NCBI RefSeq assembly: GCF_965227665.1
Contig: NZ_OZ245767.1
Location: 1,955,638 to 2,019,637 of the forward strand
Reading direction: 5' to 3'
DNA: 64,000 nt
From: Reyranella sp.
Lineage (GTDB): Bacteria > Pseudomonadota > Alphaproteobacteria > Reyranellales > Reyranellaceae
The position numbers were made by a program, and so were the translations under genes. The notes below the pieces were generated by a model, which was given only the letters and a program-made list of their open reading frames with translations, was not told the origin of the DNA and did not search any database. Shown here piece after piece: positions 8,684 to 18,969 of the stretch. How positions within the stretch are numbered: the first letter of the stretch is position 1; each line of letters begins with the position of its first letter.

Positions 8684-9694
8684 ATGGTAGGAGAGGCCGT
8701 CGACCGGCTGATCACGATCGAAGCCAAGAACCACGGCATGCCGCACGGCATCCTGCTGCCGATGTACCTCGCGGCCCGCAAGGTCGCAGGCGACAAGCCG
8801 GTCACGATGGCGGCGGCCAAAGGCCTGCAGAAGGTGCTCGGCAAGGGCGACGTCGTCTTCATCATGACCGGCGCGGGATACGAGCCCACCATGCCCAAGG
8901 GGGAGAGCGACGGCCCGCCGGGCGCCGCCTCTCTCGCGCGCATCCTCTATCGCGGCCTCGGCGCCGTCCCGGTCTTCGTGAACGAGGCCTGCCATGCCGA
9001 TCCGATCGTGGCCTCCAGCGAGGCCGCCGGCCTGATGGTGAAGCCGTTCGAGCAGGCGCGCGATCGTCATCTCGGTGCTGCCATCGAGAACGCACCGGAG
9101 GACCAGTCCAAGATCGACGCGTGGATCGCCGAGATCTACGCGAAGTACCAGCCCAAGGCGGTCGTTGCAGCGGAACGCCTCGGCGCCGGGGCCGACGGCA
9201 ACGTCCATACCGCGACCGGCCTGCCGCTTACCGGCCCGGAGTCCAAGTTCCAGGGCTGCGTCGACATCGGCGGCGTCGTCACCGAGGCCAACAAGCGCGG
9301 GATCTTCTCGGTCGGGATCGGCGACCATGGCAACGAGCTTGGCTTCGGCACGATCTACGACACGGTCGTCGAGACCATGCCCAAGGGCAAGGCGCTCGCC
9401 ACCGTCGTGAAGACCGACGTCGTGATCCCGGCGATGATGTCGAACTGGGGCTGCTACGGCATCGAGGCGTGCCTCGCCTATCTCCTGAAGAAGCCGCAGC
9501 TCATCCATTCGCCGGATATGGAAAAGCGCATCGTGCAGGCCTGCCTCGACGCCGGCGGCCTCGAGGCGATGTACTGCACGACAGAATTCCTGGTCGACGG
9601 CCTCGATGGCGAGACGTCGATGGCCTGCATGCAGTTCCTGTCCAACATCGTGCGCAAGAATCTCGAGCCGCCCGACGCGGGCCTCACGCATTGA
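8684..9694 (+). CDS. DUF4392 (D-glutamate cyclase-like) domain protein, paralog 1
   Basis: 336 aa. Carries motifs I associate with DUF4392: GESDGPPGAASLARIL, VGIGDHGNELGFG, MSNWGCYGIEA. Confidence 0.7.
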   Translation: MVGEAVDRLITIEAKNHGMPHGILLPMYLAARKVAGDKPVTMAAAKGLQKVLGKGDVVFIMTGAGYEPTMPKGESDGPPGAASLARILYRGLGAVPVFVNEACHADPIVASSEAAGLMVKPFEQARDRHLGAAIENAPEDQSKIDAWIAEIYAKYQPKAVVAAERLGAGADGNVHTATGLPLTGPESKFQGCVDIGGVVTEANKRGIFSVGIGDHGNELGFGTIYDTVVETMPKGKALATVVKTDVVIPAMMSNWGCYGIEACLAYLLKKPQLIHSPDMEKRIVQACLDAGGLEAMYCTTEFLVDGLDGETSMACMQFLSNIVRKNLEPPDAGLTH

Positions 9695-9729
9695 TCGAAA
9701 ACTTCAAACTGACTTTGTAGAGGCAAATC

Positions 9730-10758
9730 ATGGCTATCGACGAGATCGTCGGCGATTCAATCGACCGCGCCATCAACATCGAGATGCGCTTCCGCGTGGG
9801 ACTGCCGCGCGGCGTCACCTATCCGCTCTACGAGGCGGCGCGCACGAAGCAGAAGAAGCCGCTCGCGTGGCTGGCGGCCAAGCTGCTGAAGGACTCGATC
9901 AAGCCCGGCGACAACGTGTTCGTCATCACCGGCGCGGGAACGCCGCCCGGCCTGCCCGCCGGCGAGACCGATGGCCCCCCGGGTGCGGCGGCTATTGCAC
10001 GTGCGATCGAGTTCGGCCTGGGCGGCAAGCCGATCCTGATCAGCGAAGAGCGCAACATGCCGGCGGTCATCAAGTCGACCGAGGCGGCCGGCCTCGCCGT
10101 CTACGACGAGGCGCTGTTCAAGCAGCGCCGCTCCTGCGCCATGGCGATCAACTTCCCGCTTGGGGATGCTGCCGGAAAGAAGGCCGCGGCCGCACTCATC
10201 AAGAAATACAAGCCGGCCGCGATGGTGTTCATCGAGAAGGTCGGGCCCAACATCAAGGGCGTCTACCATTCGATCATGGGCACGCCCCGCACGCCGGACA
10301 AGATCGCCAGTGCCTACCATCTGGCGGACCAGGCCAAGACGGCCGGCATTCCCACGATCGGCATCGGCGATGGCGGCAACGAGATCGGATGCGGCGTCAT
10401 CAAGGAGGCGGTGGCGGCGATCCAGCCGTTCGGCAAGGACTGCGGCTGCCCCTGCCACGGCGGCGTTGGCACGGTTACTGAATGTGATGTGCTGGTCTTC
10501 GCTGCCGTGTCGAACTGGGGTGCCTACGGCATCGCGGCGGCGCTGGCCGGCCATTTGGGAGACCGCGAGATCCTGCACGACGAAGCGACGGAACTCCGGA
10601 TCGTGCAGGCGAGCGTCGATGGCGGGGCGATGGACGGGGCCTATTCCCGCCTCATCCCCTACGTCGACGGCACGTCGGACAAGATGCAGGCCGCGTTGAT
10701 CACGATGCTTCATCAGATCGTCGAGAACGGGCTGAAGGAATACGACCGAGGGTTCTGA
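9730..10758 (+). CDS. DUF4392 (D-glutamate cyclase-like) domain protein, paralog 2
   Basis: 342 aa. GETDGPPGAAAIARAI, IGIGDGGNEIGCG, VSNWGAYGIAA. Also has a CGCPCHGG cluster that paralog 1 lacks. Confidence 0.7.
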   Translation: MAIDEIVGDSIDRAINIEMRFRVGLPRGVTYPLYEAARTKQKKPLAWLAAKLLKDSIKPGDNVFVITGAGTPPGLPAGETDGPPGAAAIARAIEFGLGGKPILISEERNMPAVIKSTEAAGLAVYDEALFKQRRSCAMAINFPLGDAAGKKAAAALIKKYKPAAMVFIEKVGPNIKGVYHSIMGTPRTPDKIASAYHLADQAKTAGIPTIGIGDGGNEIGCGVIKEAVAAIQPFGKDCGCPCHGGVGTVTECDVLVFAAVSNWGAYGIAAALAGHLGDREILHDEATELRIVQASVDGGAMDGAYSRLIPYVDGTSDKMQAALITMLHQIVENGLKEYDRGF

Positions 10759-10780
10759 AATCTCATACTTGGGGGCAGCC

Positions 10781-12358
10781 ATGACCAAAGGGTTCCGGAT
10801 GACGAGCGGCCAGGGAAGCAATCGGGGCATGACGCGTCGCGGCTTCGGGGCGGGCGCTCTCGGTGCAGGCCTTATACTGGGCACAGGCCGCGCGCCTGCG
10901 CTGGCACAGGGCAGGCGCGACCTGCGCGTCGGCACCTGGGGCGGCGAGTTCGGCAATCTCAGCCCGGTGATCCGCTCGGACATCCAGGGAAGCCTGGTGA
11001 TGTACAACGTGTTCGACGGGTTGGTGAGCATCAACTACAAGGACCGCGCCATCGTACCGAACATGGCGCTGGAGTGGAGCAACCCCGATCCGCTGACCTG
11101 GCGCATCAAGATTCGCGAAGGCGTGAAGTGGCAGAAGGGCTTCGGCGAATTCACCGCCGAGGACGTCGTCTATACCTTCGAGTTCCACATGTCCTCGAAG
11201 AGCTTCCAGATGGGAACCGCGCTGTTCCCGATCGACACGGTGAAGAGCGACGGCAAGTACGTGGTCGAAATGAAGACCAAGCAGCCGTTCGGCGCCTTCC
11301 CCGGCGTCACCATGGGATACGGCGGCACGATCATCTCGTCGAAGGCGCACAAGGAGATGGGCAACGACGCCTACAGCGCCACGCCCGTCGGCAACGGCCC
11401 CTTCCAGATCGAGAGCAAGAAGGGCACGGAGATCGTGCTGGCCAGGCATCCCGACTACTGGCGGCCGGGCTTCCCCAAGCTCGACCGCGTCGTCTATCGC
11501 GCCATCCCCGACTCGACCACCCGCCTGCAGGCGCTGCAGAAGGGTGAACTCGACTTCGTGACCCATCCCGATCCCAAGGACATGAAGGCCCTGCGCAAGG
11601 ACGCGAAATACACGATCAATTCGACGCCGGGCTGGTCGTGGGACTACCAGCAGTTCAACCTCAAGGCCAAGCCGGACGCGCCCTACCAGAACAAGCTGGT
11701 GCGCCAGGCGATCTCCTATGCGATCGACCGCGAGGCGATCGTGAACGAGATCTACTACGGCGAGGCGATCCCCACCGACAACCAGATCCCCGCCGGCTAC
11801 ATGGGCCATCGTCAGCCGATGCTGAAGTACCCGAAGAACGGCGACCTCAAGAAGGCCAAGGAGTTGATGGCCCAGGCCGGCGTGAAGGGCTACGAGGTCG
11901 AGGTCATCACCTCCGACAAGGACTGGCTGCGCAAGGAGCTCGAGCTGGTCGCCGCGATGGTCAGCCAGATCGGCATCACCTACAAGATCAAGAGCATGGA
12001 CATGGGCGGCTTCAACAGCCTGTGGCTCAACAAGAAATTCGACCAGCATCTCGAAGACATCACCCTGGTCGCGCCCGACCCCGACGCGACGTCGTGGTGG
12101 TTCCTGAACAGCAAGGGAAACGCCTCAGGCTACAGCGTGGCGTCGATGGACGCGATGCTGGACGGCGCGCGCAGCGAACTCGACCCGGCCAAGCGCGAGG
12201 CCATGTACCACAAGATCGTCGACACGACGCTCGAAGAATGCCCGATCATCTATCACTGCAACACGAACAACATCCAGATCTACAACAAGAAGCTGGTGGG
12301 CTTCGAACCGGCGCCGCAGGAATACACCGAGAAACTCGACGCGGTCTCGTGGTCCTGA
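10781..12358 (+). CDS. ABC transporter substrate-binding protein, family 5 (DppA/OppA/NikA type), Tat-type signal
   Basis: The twin-arginine leader (MTRRGFGAGALGAGLILGTGRAPALA) is followed by a peptide/nickel SBP-like sequence. Start is ambiguous (10769 TTG, 10781 ATG or 10829 ATG). Confidence 0.85.
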   Translation: MTKGFRMTSGQGSNRGMTRRGFGAGALGAGLILGTGRAPALAQGRRDLRVGTWGGEFGNLSPVIRSDIQGSLVMYNVFDGLVSINYKDRAIVPNMALEWSNPDPLTWRIKIREGVKWQKGFGEFTAEDVVYTFEFHMSSKSFQMGTALFPIDTVKSDGKYVVEMKTKQPFGAFPGVTMGYGGTIISSKAHKEMGNDAYSATPVGNGPFQIESKKGTEIVLARHPDYWRPGFPKLDRVVYRAIPDSTTRLQALQKGELDFVTHPDPKDMKALRKDAKYTINSTPGWSWDYQQFNLKAKPDAPYQNKLVRQAISYAIDREAIVNEIYYGEAIPTDNQIPAGYMGHRQPMLKYPKNGDLKKAKELMAQAGVKGYEVEVITSDKDWLRKELELVAAMVSQIGITYKIKSMDMGGFNSLWLNKKFDQHLEDITLVAPDPDATSWWFLNSKGNASGYSVASMDAMLDGARSELDPAKREAMYHKIVDTTLEECPIIYHCNTNNIQIYNKKLVGFEPAPQEYTEKLDAVSWS

Positions 12359-12400
12359 CGCTGCAAACGCTCCTGACGCCGCACAAGGGATAGTCTGGCC

Positions 12401-13351
12401 ATGTGGTCCTATCTCGGACGTCGCCTGATTCAGGTGCCGCTGGTCCTGCTCGTCGTGTCGCTGATGACGTTCGCCATCACGCGCGCGACGCCGGGCGATC
12501 CGGCGACGATCATGCTGGGCATGCAGACGTCGCCCGAGGCGGTGACGGCAATGCGCGCGGAGTTCAACCTGGACCGTTCGCTGCCCGAGCAGTACGCGCT
12601 GTGGATCGCCAAGGTTGCGACCGGCGATCTCGGCCGGTCGATGCGCCTGAACGATCGCGTCACGACCCTGATCGCCGAGCGGCTGCCGATCAGCCTGCAG
12701 CTGGCCTGTGCCGGCATGCTGTTCGCGCTCGCGGTCTCGATCCCCCTGGGTGTGATTGCGGCGCTGCGGCGCAACAGCTGGATCGATTATCTCTGTACCG
12801 GCTACACGGTGATGGGCTTTGCCGTGCCGAATTTCGGCCTGGCACTGATCCTGATCTACGTCTTCTCGATCCAGCTCGATTGGCTGCCGATCACCGGCAT
12901 CGGCTCATCCGAGGCCGAGGCAGGCGGTTTGTGGAAGCGCTACAGCCCCTTCATCCTTCCCGCCGTTGCGCTGGGCGCCCTGCAGACGGCGATGCTGACC
13001 CGCCTGCTGCGCTCCAGCATGATCGACGTCCTGTCGCAGGACTACATGCGCACCGCACGCGCCAAGGGCCTGCTGCCCGCGACCATCGTGATCATTCATG
13101 CGCTCAAGAACGCGATGATCCCCTTCGTCACCATGGCCGCCGTCCAGTTCGGCTACATGATCGGCGTCCAGGTGACGATCGAGTACATCTTCGCGGTGCC
13201 CGGCATGGGCTCGGCGGTGCTGAATGCCGTGGTCAACCGCGACTTCCCGGTGATTCAGGGCTTCACGCTGGTGATCGCAGTCTTCTTCCTGCTGATGAAC
13301 ATCTTCGCGGACATGATGTACGCGCTGCTCGATCCGCGAATCCGGTACTGA
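12401..13351 (+). CDS. ABC transporter permease (DppB/OppB type)
   Basis: 316 aa, six predicted TM segments and an EAA-like loop (YMRTARAKGL). Confidence 0.85.
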   Translation: MWSYLGRRLIQVPLVLLVVSLMTFAITRATPGDPATIMLGMQTSPEAVTAMRAEFNLDRSLPEQYALWIAKVATGDLGRSMRLNDRVTTLIAERLPISLQLACAGMLFALAVSIPLGVIAALRRNSWIDYLCTGYTVMGFAVPNFGLALILIYVFSIQLDWLPITGIGSSEAEAGGLWKRYSPFILPAVALGALQTAMLTRLLRSSMIDVLSQDYMRTARAKGLLPATIVIIHALKNAMIPFVTMAAVQFGYMIGVQVTIEYIFAVPGMGSAVLNAVVNRDFPVIQGFTLVIAVFFLLMNIFADMMYALLDPRIRY

Positions 13352-13352
13352 G

Positions 13353-14252
13353 ATGGCCGACGCGCGCGCCCTGCCCCTGCAATTCCGCGGCTCGCTGGCG
13401 CTGGCCGTGCAGCAGTTTCCGCGCAACCGCGCCGCCACGGTCGGCCTGGCGATCCTGCTCACGATCTGCTTCGCCGCCGCCTTCGCTCCCTGGGTCGCGC
13501 CTTACGATCCGATCCAGATCAAGCTCTCGATGAAGCTGAAGCCGCCGTCGTTCGAGCACCTCATGGGCACCGATCATTTTGGCCGCGACGTGTTCTCGCG
13601 CATGCTCTGGGGCGGACGCACCTCGCTCTCGGTCGGCCTGCTGGTCGTGGGCTTCGCCTTCGTGCTGGGCGTGCCGCTCGGTCTTGCGTCGGGCTATTTC
13701 GGCGGCAAGGTCGACAATGCCCTGATGCGGCTGGTCGATGCCTTCCTCACCTTCCCGCCGCTGCTGCTGGCCGTGGCGCTGGTCGGCCTGCTGGGACCCG
13801 ACATCAAGAACGTGATGCTGGCGCTGGGCCTCGTGCAGGCGCCGATCCTGGCGCGCATGGTGCGCGGCAGCACCCTGGCCGTGCGCGAGGATGTCTATGT
13901 GACGGCCGCCCGCGCGCTGGGCGCCAGTCCGCTGCGCATCGTGCTCTCGCATCTGCTGCGCAACATGGTTTCGCCGATCGTCGTCCAGCTCACCGTCGTC
14001 TTCGCGGCCGCCGTCGTTTCGGAGGCATCGCTCAGCTTCCTGGGCTTCGGGACGCAGCCGCCGGCGCCCAGCTGGGGCCGCGACATGAGCGAAGCCCGCC
14101 GCTTCCTGGGCGACGCGCCGTGGATGTTCCTGGCGCCGACCTCGATCATCGCGGTCTGCGTCCTCAGCATCAACTTCATGGGCGATGGTCTGCGCGATGC
14201 GCTCGACCCGCGCGCCTGGCGCACGCGCCGCAGCGTGGGAACCGAATCATGA
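13353..14252 (+). CDS. ABC transporter permease (DppC/OppC type)
   Basis: 299 aa, N-terminal OppC-like segment and TM core (YVTAARALGASPLRIVLSHLLRN). Confidence 0.85.
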   Translation: MADARALPLQFRGSLALAVQQFPRNRAATVGLAILLTICFAAAFAPWVAPYDPIQIKLSMKLKPPSFEHLMGTDHFGRDVFSRMLWGGRTSLSVGLLVVGFAFVLGVPLGLASGYFGGKVDNALMRLVDAFLTFPPLLLAVALVGLLGPDIKNVMLALGLVQAPILARMVRGSTLAVREDVYVTAARALGASPLRIVLSHLLRNMVSPIVVQLTVVFAAAVVSEASLSFLGFGTQPPAPSWGRDMSEARRFLGDAPWMFLAPTSIIAVCVLSINFMGDGLRDALDPRAWRTRRSVGTES

Positions 14253-15231
14253 GCCTGCTGCGCGTCCGCAACCTCCACACCCGCTTCGCCACGGATCGCG
14301 GCGACGTGCGCGCGGTCAATGGCGTGTCGTTCGATCTCGAAGAGGGCGAGATCCTCGGGCTGGTGGGCGAAAGCGGCAGCGGCAAGAGCGTGACGGCGCT
14401 CTCGATCATGCGGCTCGTGCCCGAGCCGCCGGGCCACATTGCCGCCGACAGCCTGGCCTTCGACGGACGCGAGCTGCTGGGCCTCAGCGAAGCCGAGATG
14501 CGCGAGGAGCGCGGCTCGAGCATGGCGATGATCTTCCAGGACCCGATGCGCTCGCTCAATCCCGTGCTCACCATCGGACGGCAGATCACCGAGGTGCTGC
14601 GCCGCCACCAGAAGCTCGACAAGCCGGCCGCGAAGCGCCGCGCCATCGAGCTGCTGGAGACGGTCGGCATTCCCTCGGCGGAGAAGCGCCTCAGCGCCTA
14701 TCCGCACCAGTTCTCCGGCGGCATGCGCCAGCGCGTCATGATCGCGATCGCGCTGTCCTGCAATCCGCGCCTGCTGATCGCCGACGAGGCCACGACCGCG
14801 CTCGACGTCACCATCCAGGCGCAGATCGTCGACCTGGTGAAGCGCCTCACGCACGAGCGCGGCACCTCGGTGATCTGGATCAGCCACGATCTCGGCGTCG
14901 TCGCGGGCCTCTGCGACAAGGTCAACGTCATGTATGCGGGCAACGTGGTCGAGTCCGGTCCGATCCGCGAGTTGTTCCACCGCCCCAGCCATGGCTACAC
15001 GCTGGGCCTCATGGGCTCGACGCCGAGAGTCGACGGCACCGGCGTGCGCCGCCTGACTCCCATCGAAGGCATGCCGCCCAGCCTGATCGAGCCGATCCCG
15101 CTCTGCCCGTTCCTGCCGCGCTGCCGCGTCGCCGTTCCCGCGTGTCAGACGGTGCCCCCGGAACGCCGCGATTTCGGGGGGAATCACTGGGCCCGCTGCC
15201 TCGCGGATCTGGCACCGGGAGATCGGGCGTC

Positions 15232-15235
<4 letters not shown>
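14249..15235 (+). CDS. ABC transporter ATP-binding protein (DppD/OppD type)
   Basis: Walker A GESGSGKS, signature FSGGMRQR, Walker [13 protein letters not shown], and a C-terminal oligopeptide-type extension. The ATG at 14249 overlaps the permease stop. Confidence 0.9.
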
Positions 15236-16198
<963 letters not shown>

Positions 16199-16206
<8 letters not shown>

Positions 16207-17506
16207 GCCGTTTCATCTCGCCTGGTTCCTTGGCCAGAGCTTCGCCTCCAAGAACTGGCGCTCGATGTGGGCCGGCAGCGCGTCCGACGTCCAGCGGTGG
16301 ATGATGCCCGACCTCTTCATCGACCTCGCCAAGGGGATGGAGCGCGGTTGCTTCGACTACATGATCATCGAGGACTCCTCGAACGTGCCCTATACCTACA
16401 AGGGCAACCACGATACCTACCTGCAATACGCGCAGGGCACGCCCAAGCTCGACCCGCCGGTCCTCGTGCCATACCTGGCACAGCACACCACGCATCTCGG
16501 CCTCGTCCCGACGCTCTCGGTTTCGGAGTACCCGCCCTATCTCGCGGCGCGCCTCATCAATTCGCTCGACCATGTCACCGAGGGCCGTATCGGCTGGAAT
16601 TGCGTCACCGGGAGCAACGACGGCACCGCGCAGAACTACGGCCACGAAAAGCACCGGCCGCATGACGAGCGCTACGAGGTCGCCGACGAGTTCGCCGACG
16701 TCGTCACCAGGCTCTGGGAAGCCTGGGATGAGGATGCGGTCGTGCTCGATCGCGACACCCCGATGTTCGCCGACGGCAAGAAGGTCCGGCCGATCAATCA
16801 CGAGGGCAAGTATTTCAAGGTGCGCGGCCCGATCAACGCGCCGCGCTCGCCTCAGGGACGGGTGCCGATCTGCCAGGCGGGGGGCTCGGCGGCCGGCAAG
16901 ATGTTCGCGTCGAAGTGGGCCGACACCATCATCACCGAAGGCTCCAACGTCGCGAAGATGAAAGCCTATCGCCAGGAGGTGCGCAGCCATGCCGCCTCGA
17001 TCGGCCGCAATCCGGACGATATCAAGGTGCTATTCCTGTGCTCTCCGATCGTCGACACGACGATGGAAGCGGCGCGCGAGCGGCGCCGGCTGCAGCAGGA
17101 GGATTCGTTGAAGTACGTCGACATGCAGCTGGCCGGGATGTCGCGACTGACCGGCATCGACTTTTCCAAGTTCGATCTCGACGAGAACCTGCCGCTCACG
17201 CTGACGACCAACGGCCACCAGTCCTCGCTCGCCCGCTGGCTCGGCAAGCCCCTGCGCGAGATCGTGCGCGGTTACGCCGCCAAGGGCAGCCTCGATTACA
17301 CCGGCACGCCCGAGCATGTGGCGGGCGTGATGCGCGAGGTCATGGAAGAAGTGGGCGGCGACGGCTTCCTGATCTCCGATACGCCCATCGACCGCCGCGG
17401 CGTGATGGAGGTCTGCGACGGGCTGGTGCCGGAGCTGCAACGCCAGGGCCTGACCCGCAAGGCCTATGCCCACAAGCATCTGCGCGACAACCTGTTGGAA
17501 TTCTAG
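16199..17506 (+). CDS. LLM-class FMN-dependent monooxygenase, NtaA/SnaA/DszA family (copy 2)
   Basis: Aligns end to end with the protein encoded at 3392..4702, with long identical runs such as RLWEAWDEDAVVLDR and KVRPINHEGKYFKVRGPINAPRSPQGRVPICQAGGS. Start taken at MPKPFHLAWFL (16199); 16184 is also possible. Confidence 0.85.
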
Positions 17507-17764
17507 AGCGCGAGGTCACCAGGCTCGCTCCCGCGCACCTCGGCCACACGCTCCAGCGGAAATTCGGCAGCGGCCCTGAAGCCCGTGGTCGGCTCATTGC
17601 CGGTTGGGCTGTCAGGGCCGTGAGCCGTGCAGGGAACGTCGATCCGGGGGGGGGGCAAACCGGCTCTGGCCGCGTCAGGTTCCAGGCTGGATGCAGCTCG
17701 TGAGGCTTGATCGCCTTGGCGCCAATCGCTCACAACCCGCGGGGCTGCCTGCATTCTGGCGAAG

Positions 17765-17849
17765 TGGTACCCCCGGTCGGGCTCGAACCAACACTCCGTG
17801 AGGAACCTGATTTTGAGTCAGGCGCGTCTACCAATTCCGCCACGGGGGC
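17765..17849 (-). tRNA. tRNA-Leu (anticodon CAA)
   Basis: Folded by hand from the reverse complement GCCCCCGTGGCGGAATTGGTAGACGCGCCTGACTCAAAATCAGGTTCCTCACGGAGTGTTGGTTCGAGCCCGACCGGGGGTACCA. It has a 7-bp acceptor stem, anticodon loop CTCAAAA, a long variable arm, a TTCGAGC T-loop and an encoded CCA. Length 85 nt. Confidence 0.9.
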
Positions 17850-17933
17850 ACACAGTCGTGCGCCGGGAATAAAGCCGAAGGGTGGAACCGGGTCAACTGC
17901 GCTTCCTGCGTCCCCTGCCCCTGCTGGCAGAAC

Positions 17934-18782
17934 TCAGGCGCGCAGCCTCTCGGCGTGCCATCTCAGATGGTCTTCGATGAAGGTCTGGATGAACCAGTAG
18001 GAATGGTCGTAGGCCTCGTGCCGTCGCAAGATCAGCTCCTGTCCGGCGCTTGCGGCCGCCGCTTCGAGCGCGTCGGGCCGCAGCTGGGGTGCGAGGAACT
18101 GGTCCTTCAGGCCCTGGTCGACGAGGATCGGGCCTGCGAAACGGTTCCCCTGCTTCAACAGCTCGCTCGCATCCCATGCCGCCCAGCGCGCACGTTCCGG
18201 GCCGAGATAGTTGCCGAAGGCCTTTTCGCCCCAGGGCACGGCGACGGGATTGCAGATCGGCGCGAAGGCCGAGACGGACCGGTAGGCCTGCGGATTCTTC
18301 AAGGCGACCACAAGGGCGCCATGGCCGCCCATCGAGTGACCGAACACGCCGCGCCGGGCCGCATCGACCGGAAAGGTCGCCTCGACCAGTGCAGGCAGTT
18401 CGCGCGTCACATAGGAGTACATGCGATAGTTCCGCCGCCACGGCTCGGCCTCGGCATCGAGGTAGAAGCCCGCGCCCGTGCCGAAATCCCAGTCGTCCTC
18501 CTCGCCCGGCAGGCCGAGACCGCGCGGGCTCGTATCCGGCGCCACGAGCATGAGACCGAGCTCGGCGGCATATCGCAAGGCATTTGCCTTCATCATGAAG
18601 GTCTCTTCCGTACAGGTGAGACCCGCCAGGAAGTAGAGCGCCGGGAGTGGCCGCGCCGACGCGTTCGACGGAACGAACACCGAGAACCTCATCTCGACGC
18701 CGATCTCCGTCGAGGCATGGCTGTAGAAGCCGATCGTCCCGCCGAAGCAGGCCTGCTCGCTCCGCGTCGTCATCCCGGCCAT
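17934..18782 (-). CDS. fghA: S-formylglutathione hydrolase (esterase D family)
   Basis: [11 protein letters not shown]..., [35 protein letters not shown]. Start taken at [10 protein letters not shown] (18782); 18773 is an alternative. Confidence 0.85.
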   Translation of the reverse strand: MAGMTTRSEQACFGGTIGFYSHASTEIGVEMRFSVFVPSNASARPLPALYFLAGLTCTEETFMMKANALRYAAELGLMLVAPDTSPRGLGLPGEEDDWDFGTGAGFYLDAEAEPWRRNYRMYSYVTRELPALVEATFPVDAARRGVFGHSMGGHGALVVALKNPQAYRSVSAFAPICNPVAVPWGEKAFGNYLGPERARWAAWDASELLKQGNRFAGPILVDQGLKDQFLAPQLRPDALEAAAASAGQELILRRHEAYDHSYWFIQTFIEDHLRWHAERLRA

Positions 18783-18969
18783 CTGCTCACCACACTCAAC
18801 GGCTACACGGCCTTCTGAATACAGGAAGGCGGTGCCGAGCACAGCGCTTTGGAAGCCATTGTGCAAGCGAACAATCAGCTTGAAGTCCCACAGGCGCGCC
18901 GTTCATATCCGCGCCCCGGAGTGGCACCGTGTGCGCTCCCGTCTCTCTCATTCGACCCAGAGGTGTTAC

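Noticed and set aside
8600-12049. Three long minus-strand ORFs (8600..9691, 9757..11034, 10763..12049)
   Set aside because: They are antisense to the DUF4392 genes and the substrate-binding protein. Their composition is low-complexity and no domains are recognisable. The plus-strand genes carry clear family motifs.
14185-15231. N-terminal 349 codons of the 673-aa ORF 14185..16206
   Set aside because: This is an out-of-frame overlap with the first ATPase. Only the part from ATG 15232 ([14 protein letters not shown]...) is ABC-ATPase-like.
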